The notes below the pieces were generated by a model. That model searched no databases and had not been told where the DNA came from. It saw only the letters and a list, made by a program, of their open reading frames with translations. Made by a program: the position numbers and the translations under genes. A stretch of DNA of 63,815 nt, counting the filler, from Octopus bimaculoides (taxonomy: Eukaryota): assembly GCF_001194135.2 (NCBI RefSeq). It is 7 parts of 7 records of this genome, joined end to end, with 100 filler letters (N's around TTAATTAATTAA, not from the genome) between each part and the next. Parts side by side here need not be neighbours in the genome. Positions count along the whole stretch, not along the records: positions 25,346 to 31,405 come from NC_068987.1; positions 31,506 to 43,383 come from NC_068993.1; 5 more parts are not named here. One strand, given 5' to 3'. Of the stretch, positions 30,829 through 41,390 are shown in pieces; positions within the stretch are counted from its first letter, which is position 1, and each line of letters begins with the position of its first letter.

Positions 30829-31405
30829 ACAAATAAAAGACACAAAATCCCTTCTTACGAAAGAAGGAGATGATGTCAGAATAAACATGCCAAAAGATAT
30901 TATAGAAATGAAAAACAAAAAGTGCATCATTTATAAACTGGTAAACACAAAAACCAGACGTGTAGAAAATGTTAGCACAGGTAAAATTGAAGTTTGTCTT
31001 AGAAAAATTTGGCCTTATCAAAATCACGTCACCTGGGGAAGAAAATTTGGAACGGTGCAAGTGAGATTTCTGGATGAAAATTTAGCTAAACAATTTTCGA
31101 CACTCTCTCTCCGCACAGATGACTTGGTAATGATACCGAGTTATCTAGGACAGAGAGTGACCAAAGTTATGATAAAAATGAGCCATCGGAGGCCTGGAAA
31201 TGGAGGAGGCAAATATTTTGGAGATTACGGTCGGAGAGGAAAAGAACTGGGGAGGGAAAAATCTGGAAATCCTTCTCCACATCACGGAGGAGGCTTCACA
31301 GAAAATTCCTCCAAACATTAGATTGGCAGAGGACCACAAGCTGTATGTGGTGGTAGAGGGCAGGCGACCTCGCTGTTACCTATGCAACAGCGAAGCACAT
31401 CTGAA
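30829..31405 (+). mobile_element. Tx1/L1-type ORF1 (gag-like, CCHC) fragment between two gaps
   Basis: GRKFGTVQVRF, IPSYLGQRV, and after a frameshift VVVEGRRPRCYLCNSEAHL (C-x2-C-x4-H); homologous to the ORF1s at 33645-34677 and ~36949-37450. Confidence 0.75.
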
Positions 31406-31564
31406 NNNNNNNNNNNNNNNNNNNNNNNNNNNNNNNNNNNNNNNNNNNNTTAATTAATTAANNNNNNNNNNNNNNNNNNNNNNNNNNNNNNNNNNNNNNN
31501 NNNNNATATGGTTTACATATAGAAGTACAAAGTACATAAGGAATTAGAGGATGAACAGAAGTTT

Positions 31565-31693
31565 AATCTTACAGCTGTTTCGGCCTAGTTTTGGCAGGCC
31601 CCATTCTATCCGAATATTCCTTTCCGGAGTGATTATCGGATGACATTTTGAAATGGGGTTACATGCCCGAATCTCTAGGCCTCTTCAGAGATT
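31565..31693 (-). ncRNA. Type I hammerhead ribozyme motif with extended stem II
   Basis: Minus strand: AAUCU (I) - CUGAAGA - GGCCUAG (II) - 86 nt - CUAGGCC (II') - GAAA - C-AGCU-G - UA - AGAUU (I'). All conserved core positions are present; predicted cut after GUA at 31570|31569. Confidence 0.8.
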
Positions 31694-32307
31694 CACAAAG
31701 GGTTACATACAAATGTAGAGCAAGAGGTAAAAACAGAGGCGTGGTAGAGACCAGAAGAAAAACAACAGCAAAAATAAGATAGAAATAAAAATAAAAAAAT
31801 AAAATTGAAATCAAAATATAAATAAAAATACAAATAAGGGTACAACAGGGAAAAAATAATAATAGTAATAATAAAGAATACATAAATGAAGGTATATCAT
31901 GTGGACAAACATTATAGATAGGTCGCTATAGGCACTCCAATGCACATCTATATGTGTGGGTTCGTGTGCACAGCCTTACTCGGATGTCCCCTTACTCTCA
32001 TGTGTGCATATACAAGTTATTATAAGCAAACATTCCACCACATACGTTGTTTGTGGTGTCAGCTCTATTAGCCGTATCTAGAAAGCTATAAGTGTTTTTT
32101 AGAAAGGAAGTTTTGTTGGGTGTGTGTGTGTCATTTCTGTATATATTGGAAGGTTCTATGTAATATATAGATATATATATATATATATGCTGCCGTTGAT
32201 TAGCTCCAAGAAGCCATCGCTTCTAGCTAGCTATGTGACACACAGATCTGTGTCCATTACAACCTTCGAACAGGGGAGGTCATCAGCTTCTCCTTGCTGG
32301 TTCAACA

Positions 32308-32354
32308 TCTACTGACCGGTTTCGGGGTATTTATTTACCCCTTATCAATGTGGA
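32308..32354 (-). ncRNA. Minimal type I hammerhead, U3:A8 variant (copy 1)
   Basis: UCCACA - UUGAUAA - GGGGUA-AAUAAA-UACCCC - GAAA - CCGG - UC - AGUAGA. Stem II perfect; stem I 4/6 pairs. Confidence 0.7.
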
Positions 32355-32675
32355 GTAGGTGAACCCAGCAAGCGTCGCTATTGACTGTCTGTTCGAAGGT
32401 TTATTTATATATATTCAGTGGAACACATCCACTGATTTCCAAAAATAGAAATATTATTTCTAAATCTCTAATCTCTCTAAAGGAGAATACGGAGTAGTAC
32501 TGGGTATTAATATTTATCCCGAAGCTAACATGGCAGTCGAGAGAAATTGGACGAATGCTGCTGTTGATTAGCTCCGAGAGGCAATCACCTCTACCTAGCT
32601 ATGTGATACACAAATCTGTGTCCATTACGACCTTTGAACAGGGGAGGTTATCAGCTTTCACTTACTTGTTCAACA

Positions 32676-32718
32676 TCCACAGACCGGTTTCGGGGTATTT
32701 GCCCTTTATCAATGTGGA
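32676..32718 (-). ncRNA. Minimal type I hammerhead, U3:A8 variant (copy 2)
   Basis: UCCACA - UUGAUAA - AGGG-CAAAUA-CCCC - GAAA - CCGG - UC - UGUGGA. Stem I perfect 6 bp; first pair of stem II is A-C. Confidence 0.7.
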
Positions 32719-32795
32719 GTAGCTGAACCCAGCAGGTGCCGCTGTTGACTGTCTGTTAGGAGTTAATCAACCATTCTTTGAATCTATATTCTTGT

Positions 32796-32796
<1 letters not shown>

Positions 32797-32826
<30 letters not shown>

Positions 32827-32925
32827 GGATGGAGAGTGAGAGAGAAAAAGATAGGGAGAGATAGGAAAAGAGTGAGTGAGTGAGAGAGAGAGCGGAAGAG
32901 AGTGAGAGTGAGAGAAAGAGAAAAT

Positions 32926-33012
<87 letters not shown>

Positions 33013-33032
33013 TGGAGGAGAGAGAGAGAGAC
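32797..33032. repeat. (AG)n microsatellite
   Basis: Directly visible; source of the poly-SL ORFs. Confidence 0.97.
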
Positions 33033-33424
33033 AAAGAAACAAAACAAAATTTAGTAGATTATAAAAAAACTGGAGACTAAAATATTTGGAAAGAGAAAGA
33101 ATTTTATTCTGATGAATGTACAAGATGTTTACACAGTTATAGGAGAGAAGAAAAAAAGAGGAGACACCTAACCATTTAACGGGTGAAAGTTACAAATTGT
33201 AGGTAAACATAAAAATCAATACTAGTCTAATGACATATTCCATGTTGAATAAAAGTAATTTTATCAAGGTTGAAATGACACATGATGAAATAACTGATGA
33301 CTAATTTTAAAGAATGGTATTAATTCTAAGCATAACAGCGAAAACAAAACAAACAAAAAGAAAGTTTTTCTAAAATAAACACAACCAAACTGAAAAGTCA
33401 GCATTAGATTAATGCAAGCGGTGA

Positions 33425-33640
33425 TAAATAACGATTTCAAATTTTGGCACAAGGCCAGCAATTTCGAGGGAGGAGTTAAGTCCGATAGGATGAAAGGTAA
33501 AGTTGATCCTGGTGGAATTCGAACTCAGAATGTAAGCACGGACAATATGCCACAAAACATATTGCCCGGCGTGCTAACGATTCTTTTCTACTCTTGGCAC
33601 AAGGCCCGAAACTTTTGGGGAGGGGGCCAGTCTCTGTTGA
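33425..33640 (-). mobile_element. SINE family C: one 3' tail followed by a nearly complete, internally deleted copy
   Basis: Minus strand GACTGGCCCCTCCCCCAAAAGTTTCGGGCCTTGTGCC, then GAATCGTTAGCACGCCGGGC...GAGTTCGAATTCC...GGCCTTGTGCCAAAATTTGAAA. Confidence 0.8.
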
Positions 33641-33644
33641 CCGT

Positions 33645-34677
33645 TCCATTAACTTATTTTTCTTTCGCTTTTTAGGGTTAGTAGCCCCATTTTCGTTCTT
33701 CTCCTTTGTTTCCTCTGTTTCATACTTCTGTCTCTCTTTAATTTCCTCAGTGTTGTCTACAATATTTTCCTCCTCTGCTTGTGTTTTCTCTTGCTGCAGA
33801 TGTGTGGGGGTATTTGGTCTTCATATGGCCTCTCTCCTCGCATATATAACAATTTGGTTTTCTTCCCTCGACTACGACATTTAGTGTCCTCTCGTTCTCC
33901 ATTTCTATCTGGTAGGGAATTCTTTCTATGTCCTCAAATGTGGCAAAAAGCTACATTTCGAATCCAAATTGCCACCAGTTGCGCACTTTTGTTTCCGCCA
34001 CTGGTCCCAATTCTGGATCCTCCTTGGTTGCAGCAAGAACTGTTGCAACCAACCACTCCGGTTTAATTTCTGGTGGCACTCTCAGAATTCTTATTCTCAC
34101 ACTTCTTCTTTCTCTATAACTTGGTAGTAATGCTATTTTTGTGTTTTTTTAAATGGTGGTCGCATGCTTGGTTGCCTCTTCTATGGTGGCAAACTTCACC
34201 TCTACCGTACCGAACGTTCTTCCTCTGTTGATGTACGTGGCTTCATTCACAATTTCACCCAGGCACTCCTCAATTTCCTCTTCCGTCACCATTTCAATTT
34301 TACTGGTCTCGACAGGCTGTGTACGATACACAACTGTCCTCAGTATTTTTGTCTTCCTTGGTCTCTTTTGGGGAGGACAATTTCTATGAGCCCCCCTCTA
34401 CTTCTATCAAATTCCTGCTTCTGCTCACCACCTCATATCCAGCTCGATCAACTTGGTTTTCAGCGGCACTGGCTTCTTCGCCGTGGCGGCCCTGGCGTAG
34501 CTCTCCATACTGGAGACACTGCCACTCGCCATAGCTGGGCGGGGGGTGTTCTTGCAGCGACTCGCGCGAAACGTTACAATAAATTCCACAAAATTCACAA
34601 TTATTCACAGAGACAACTTACAGTAATTCACACAGTTTTCACAGAGTAACACAGCAGTATTCACAATAATTCACAGC
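33645..34677 (-). mobile_element. Tx1/L1-type element: 5' UTR and ORF1 only (3' portion missing)
   Basis: ATG at 34532 gives MASGSVSSMESYARAA; downstream GRTFGTVEVKF, LPSYRERR, VVVEGRKPNCYICEERGHMKTKY (CCHC with last C to Y). Stops and frameshifts. Confidence 0.8.
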
Positions 34678-34742
34678 GACGAAATACCGCTAAGCCTTTC
34701 GCCCGGCGTGCTAACAATTCTGCCAGCTTGACGCCTTCGGTA
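34678..34742 (-). mobile_element. SINE family C 5' head, interrupted
   Basis: GGCGTCAAGCTGGCAGAATTGTTAGCACGCCGGGCGAAAGGCTTAGCGGTATTTCGTC matches 46489-46545 and stops before the B-box. Confidence 0.85.
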
Positions 34743-35121
34743 GGGATAAATAATAAAAATATAAGCAATTACAGACACTTCGATAACAGTAAACGTTGCC
34801 CTTCCCCATGAAAGATTCATACCATGACAATACAAAATACAAAGTCATTTGCTACCAATAAATAACATGAGTTTTATTTTATTTGTAAATCTTGACTTTC
34901 GCCATATAATTCTTCTACGGCTGAAGTCCAATCTGCTATGCTTTTGCTGATTTCATTTATTGGACTGCTGCACATACTGGGGCATCACCTTCGATGGTGT
35001 TAGTAAATTATAATGAACTCACTACATTTCTATTCTATTGTTCTCGTATGATAAGAAATATAAACTGGTCATTGATGTGAGGTAGCTCAGTCAGCCGTAT
35101 TAAATATAAAAAATGCTTTTG

Positions 35122-35176
<55 letters not shown>

Positions 35177-35778
35177 TATGTCTATGTAATATAAAGGATG
35201 ATTAGTTGATACATTCAAAGTGTGTGTATGCCTATATGTGTACGCGCGTGTGTTTGTGCGTGTGTTTGTGCGTGTGTGCACATGCGTCTACACAGTTTCT
35301 GTGTATCCGACTCGACTCACAAGGTTTAGGGAGACCTTAGAGAAGAAGACAGATTGATCAAAGTGCTGTGTACTGGGATCGAAACTGGACCCATATTGTT
35401 CCGAAAATAACGTAACCATACGGCCAAGCTTGTACACCAATGGACAATATGAAATAGTCCAAGAGGTGTATTTTAGTCCTGCCAGAGGAATATGTAAATC
35501 TAATTTATGTAGTTATTGTTTGGCCCCAGATCAGTCATGACGGAGCTGACCTGTGATCAAAGGTACTCTTGCCAAAACCATCCTGTCTTTTTAAAGGTAT
35601 TTAGGACTATGTTATCCAATACCGAATGTATCCTTCTTTGATTTTGAAGACGTAAGTACATTCATTCACACACACACGCGCGCGCACACACACACTCTAA
35701 AATCTAACAATATCAGAACCATGCACCACAAAGATACATTAATTCAATTACAAGTTGTTACTCATCGGTAAACTAATG

Positions 35779-35822
<44 letters not shown>

Positions 35823-36274
35823 NNNNNNNNNNNNNNNNNNNNNNNNNNNNNNNNNNNNNNNNNNNNNNNNNNNNNNNNNNNNNNNNNNNNNNNNNNNNNN
35901 NNNNNNNNNNNNNNNNNNNNNNNNNNNNNNNNNNNNNNNNNNNNNNNNNNNNNNNNNNNNNNNNNNNNNNNNNNNNNNNNNNNNNNNNNNNNNNNNNNNN
36001 NNNNNNNNNNNNNNNNNNNNNNNNNNNNNNNNNNNNNNNNNNNNNNNNNNNNNNNNNNNNNNNNNNNNNNNNNNNNNNNNNNNNNNNNNNNNNNNNNNNN
36101 NNNNNNNNNNNNNNNNNNNNNNNNNNNNNNNNNNNNNNNNNNNNNNNNNNNNNNNNNNNNNNNNNNNNNNNNNNNNNNNNNNNNNNNNNNNNNNNNNNNN
36201 NNNNNNNNNNNNNNNNNNNNNNNNNNNNNNNNNNNNNNNNNNNNNNNNNNNNNNNNNNNNNNNNNNNNNNNNNN

Positions 36275-36323
<49 letters not shown>

Positions 36324-36329
36324 CATACT

Positions 36330-36953
36330 TGGGGTACCAGTATCAGGAAACATTCTCTGTGGGACAAGCCCGTTGTAGTTCAGGCATCCACCGCTAGAAG
36401 CCACTTGATGCAACCTTCAGGCGTCAGTCTGCTGACCGGTGTTGTCCAGTGAAATCGTACTGTCACATGGTGCATCTTTGTTTCCAGTGTTTCTCCCCTG
36501 TTCATCGATTTTTGCGATGGCTGAAACGAAAGAACTGCGTGCTTCAATGAAATTCTGTTTTTTGCTGAGGAAAACGGCGACCAAAACAGTTGTCATGTTT
36601 TAAAGAGCTTACAAGGACGCTGTCATGAGCAAAACACAAGTTTACGAGTGGTTTTCACGCTTTAGGAATGGTCATTTGTCATTTGAAGACCGACCTCGTT
36701 CAGGTCACCTGTCCTCCCGAACGAATGAAAACATCATGAAAATTCGTGAACTGATCTTGGAGGACTGTCGCCGAACAATTGACGAACTTGTTGATATGAT
36801 AGGTGTGTCTTGGAGTTCTTGCCAATGAATTTTGAGCGTAGAATTGCGAATGAAAAGAGTTACAGCAAAATTTGTGCCTCACTTACTCACGGAAGATCAA
36901 AAGCAGTTACAACTGAATGCGTGTCGTGAACTGAAAGAACAGTTGGAAATTGA
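36330..36953 (+). mobile_element. mariner transposase 5' fragment (pseudogene)
   Basis: From ATG 36517: MAETKELRASMKFCFLL..MSKTQVYEWFSRF..EDRPRSG..RRTIDEL..AKFVPHLLTEDQK; two in-frame stops (36601, 36826); DDD domain absent. 5' boundary approximate. Confidence 0.9.
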
Positions 36954-39900
36954 AGTGAAAGCCAAAGAAAGTGCAACAGCAAACCCTAAAAGCGAGGAAC
37001 TGTGGCTAATTCCGACGTACTTCGGTCGGAGAGTTGTTACAATAAATGAAGGAGAGATACTACCAGAAGTCGACATCTCTTTGTTGGCAGCAGTCGTACA
37101 TACGGCATGGAGAATAGAACAGTTCTCCAAATGCATAAAATGGGCAAGGGAAATTGGTCAGGAACGGAATGGAATTATTGATCCAGGCCGATCAGGTAAA
37201 GATCGAAGCCGTCCATGACTTGATTAATATCCTTAATGATACACAACTGTTCGTAGCAGTCGAGGGAAGAAAGCCGAGATACCACTTTTGTGCCGAGACA
37301 AACCACTTAAAGATTTTCCCATGCAAAGAAAAGGAAAACACCCGCTGCAGCGGACATCTCTTACACAACAACAACATCGGCATCAAAAGCAACTGCAGTA
37401 GCAACAACTACTGCACCAAGAGGTTTAGTGCCAAGAGCAGCAGTATCTAAAACAACAACAGCTTCGAGAGAAGAAGCAGGAGTCATTCAACAATATCAGC
37501 AGCAAGCATTGGTATCACACCTGCACTATTGTGATCGGGAGTAACCTCGCCCATACCAATCGACCAGACAGCCAGCTTAGAAATGTGCGACTGTGTAGAC
37601 ATACCTCTCCCTCCTGCCACAGATTTCTCCTACCGTGAAAAAACTCGTCTTGTGAGGAAAATTGTTTGGGAAAATAACCAGAATGGATCTTGGAAAAGAA
37701 ATTAGAAAATATTAGAAAATGAAATGTGCGGTACAAGACTGAAAATGAAGAGGTCAAAGGAGGAGGTACAGAAACCAATAAAACATCACACACCCACACA
37801 CTGGAAACAAATACAGTTAAAGATATCTCCAACACTACAAACACCACAACAAGCGAAAACACAGCAGTCTGGACCAACAACATGAACACCACTCCCAAAC
37901 AACAAGAACTTTATACAACATATTAAAAAAATGAATACATCTAAATGAATACATCGCACCCCCCGCACAACAGAAGCAGCGCAATAAACGTGCAACAAAT
38001 TGAAATCAAATTATATCCAAAATGAATGGAGAATTTCCGCGGGACAATAAATAAAAGGCTCTACGAAGAAATACTTGTGGAGACACCCACAAATAGTCAG
38101 ATGAACAGAACACATGCCTCTTCACAGAACCAAGGTAAGTGATTCTCTTCACCCTACTTCTACCTGACAAACATGGCGTTGCTCAGAATAGACAGTATAA
38201 ACGAACGCGACCTGGGGTCGCTTTGGAAGCAAGGTTATCTAACGCAATAACCTCAGGTCATTAAGTATACACGTTGGGGCTAACAGTGAGACCAGACTTT
38301 CCAATCGACAAGCTTTCATGCCAACTTTCGGTGGATATAAGATTTACTTATCTCCATATCAACCGGGAATGGTAAGATAGAACTGCGGTGTTGTTGCGGA
38401 AAGGTTTGGATCTCAAGATGAGGGCTATCTTCGTAGACCCAGAAGTGAACAGTAGCGACGAGGGTGCTTTCAGACTGGCGGCTGTCTGTGCTCCGACAGG
38501 GGTTGAGAGCCGGATTTCTTCAGACGTCTGGAAGTTTTCCTGGGAACGGTTTCATCTTTAGTGCTAATGGGTGACTGGAATGCCATCATGGACGCACGTT
38601 TAGATTGTGTAGGGATAGCTGTTAGAAGAGGTGGAGTGCAAAAGCCTCGCAAACCTGCTTAGACATTTCCAACTGTCTGAGAGGTACCGACTAGATTTCC
38701 CGAATGTAACAGTGTTGGCATAGGCGAACTGCATCTGGTCATCTAGGTCGTATCTAGATAGAGTATTCTGTAGGCCAGTAGATAAGCATAGTATAAGTTG
38801 TCTGCTTTTCAAAATCGTCGGCTACACAGATCACAATTTTGTGATCTGTACGCTCGATCTAGATAGGCTTCATAGGCCGGGATGCGAATTTTTTTCTCAC
38901 GAGAGTTCCGGACCCCAGTAATGAACTCATTTGCATACAGCCAATCAGAGCTCACCTTGACCTTGTTGTCAATTTAACAAGCACACTCTACCAAGACGAA
39001 GAACGGTGTTTTGAGTCGACCGACCGCCAAGTTATGCCTGATTTTAAAAGGAGACAAGTAATTAGATAAATTTGCATCTATGCCTATTTTCGGATTTTGT
39101 TAGGGCCCCCGTATGGTAAAGATGTGGATGGGAAAATGTGGGTAGAGAGTGGTATGCTAGCAACCCTCTTTCCTTACTGCTTTATAAAGTAAACAAAACA
39201 CAAATAACTACGCAGAGGCAGCCATGGTTGAAACAAGAACAACAAGCATTCTTAAAAGAGAAAAGAAGCATGGTCATTCCTTACCCAAGTGACCTTATCT
39301 TATCGCCCAGCACTTGTTATGCGCTCATAAATTAGTTTGTTAGTTGAGCTCCGATTGGATGTATGCAAATCAGTTCATAACTGGGGTCCGGAACTCTCGT
39401 GAGAAAGTAATTTCGCGGCCGGGATCCACCCACTGGAAACTGAACGCGTCACACTCCCAACGTACCAAGCTAACAGAGATCAATTAGAGAATTAGTTAAG
39501 CGGACGTTGACGAGGTCACTCCTTAACAACAAATGGTGGTTTGCCCTGAAAAGGCCAATTGGAGGAGTAGAAGCTATAAGGTTTAGTAAGGTATTAGCGA
39601 CAGAAGGAAATAGAATAGAGGGGAAACTTAGAAGTTTAGATGAGGNNNNNNNNNNNNNNNNNNNNNNNNNNNNNNNNNNNNNNNNNNNNNNNNNNNNNNN
39701 NNNNNNNNNNNNNNNNNNNNNNNNNNNNNNNNNNNNNNNNNNNNNNNNNNNNNNNNNNNNNNNNNNNNNNNNNNNNNNNNNNNNNNNNNNNNNNNNNNNN
39801 NNNNNNNNNNNNNNNNNNNNNNNNNNNNNNNNNNNNNNNNNNNNNNNNNNNNNNNNNNNNNNNNNNNNNNNNNNNNNNNNNNNNNNNNNNNNNNNNNNNN

Positions 39901-41260
39901 NNNNNNNNNNNNNNNNNNNNNNNNNNNNNNNNNNNNNNNNNNNNNNNNNNNNNNNNNNNNNNNNNNNNNNNNNNNNNNNNNNNNNNNNNNNNNNNNNNNN
40001 NNNNNNNNNNNNNNNNNNNNNNNNNNNNNNNNNNNNNNNNNNNNNNNNNNNNNNNNNNNNNNNNNNNNNNNNNNNNNNNNNNNNNNNNNNNNNNNNNNNN
40101 NNNNNNNNNNNNNNNNNNNNNNNNNNNNNNNNNNNNNNNNNNNNNNNNNNNNNNNNNNNNNNNNNNNNNNNNNNNNNNNNNNNNNNNNNNNNNNNNNNNN
40201 NNNNNNNNNNNNNNNNNNNNNNNNNNNNNNNNNNNNNNNNNNNNNNNNNNNNNNNNNNNNNNNNNNNNNNNNNNNNNAAAGAACTAATTGGTGATGCGCA
40301 AACACGCGCCATCTCAAGCAGATCTGTCCCTGACAACCTCCAACCCATGCGATACATCATAGACAGGGTGGGTAAAGAAGCTGGAATGGATGGGGCCCTG
40401 ATAAATTTGGATCGATCAAAAGCCTTCAATACGGTCGGCCCCCAATGCATGGTGGTTGGTTTCGGTCCCGTTTTCCGTGGCTGGATTACTGCAATGTACA
40501 ACGACATCCGTCAAAGGTTTCCCCCTCTCGTCTCTTCTGCATGTGTAGGCTGTAGGGCTACCACTACAGAAATTGGAGGCGTTGAGAAATATCCTGTGCA
40601 AACTAGAACGTGGGAGAACCGTGTCGCTATATGCGGACGACATTACAGTCATTGTGTCGAACACCAGGCATATAGGCCTGATTGTCTCTGCTCTAAAAGA
40701 ATACGAGTCGCTGACAGACGCAAACATTAACCGAGAAAAGTCAGTGGACCCACCGCTCGGCACTTGAAGTGACAGGTCTATACCTTCCAATAATGTCATG
40801 GGACACTGGACGGAGGAACCGGTTAACTTGTTCGAGGCCTGGTTTAGTCTGGATTTCCGGGTGGAGAAGAACTGGGACGAAGTGACAGGCAGAGTAGTCA
40901 GTCTCATTCAGAAATGGGCCGAGAGAAAGCTTTCTCTGAAAGGTCGGAGAGAGGTGACAAGTATATACATCGCCTACGTTGTATATTACCACTTGACCAA
41001 CATTCTTTGTCCCAGTTTACACCTGGCAAAACGAGTGCATAGTCTTCGCTTTTTGAGTGAAGGACGCATTCCTCTGGTCAAGCGCTCCATTTGTTGTCAA
41101 CACCCGCTGAATGGGCATGCCGTGGCTGCTGATGCACAGACATGAGCTGACGGTGAGCAGCCGTTGGTGAGACTCGCTCTGCCGCAGCTCGTCTGTTTGA
41201 CTGAGCTGCGGCCCTGGATCAAACAGACCGAAACAGCGCGTCTGGTACCTAGAGTATTGT
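36949..41260 (+). mobile_element. Tx1/L1-type LINE: ORF1 3' part, APE endonuclease and RT; decayed and interrupted by a MITE and a gap
   Basis: ORF1 IPTYFGRRV and VAVEGRKP; ORF2 from ATG 38173 MALLRIDSIN, LMGDWNA, YLDRVF, YTDH, HWKLN; RT DGALINLDRSKAF, GFGPVFRGWI, SLYADDIT, LSLKGR. C-terminal domain missing. Confidence 0.9.
38884..39416. mobile_element. 533-bp MITE with ~71-bp TIRs and 9-bp TSD (Mutator/MULE-like; Merlin possible)
   Basis: TIRs 38884-38954 and 39345-39416; exact TSD GGCCGGGAT at 38875-38883 and 39417-39425; removal restores LHRPGSTHWKLN of the host endonuclease. Confidence 0.92.
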
Positions 41261-41264
41261 CAGG

Positions 41265-41390
41265 TTTCATCGCTTCGGGGTCGATGAAATAAATACCATC
41301 TGAAATCTGGGGCTGATCTATTAGACCAGCCCCATCCCCACAAAATTTTAGGCCTTATGCCCATAGCACAAAGGATTATTATTATTCAAT
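41265..41390 (+). mobile_element. SINE family C 3' half
   Basis: TTTCATCGCTTCGGGGTCGATGAAATAAATACC...CCCCACAAAATTTTAGGCCTTATGCC, ending in ATTATTATT. Confidence 0.7.

Larger units (their letters stand above)
32187..32757 (-). mobile_element. Two ~205-bp direct repeats (32187-32393, 32555-32757) around a 161-bp spacer; pseudo-LTR or retrozyme-like
   Basis: Hand alignment gives about 25 substitutions and one small indel (~87% identity); each repeat contains a hammerhead motif; no ORF. Confidence 0.75.

Noticed and set aside
38826-38849. 11-bp hairpin ACAGATCACAA/TTGTGATCTGT
   Set aside because: Lies in the TDHNFVIC coding motif of the Tx1 endonuclease; consistent with chance.
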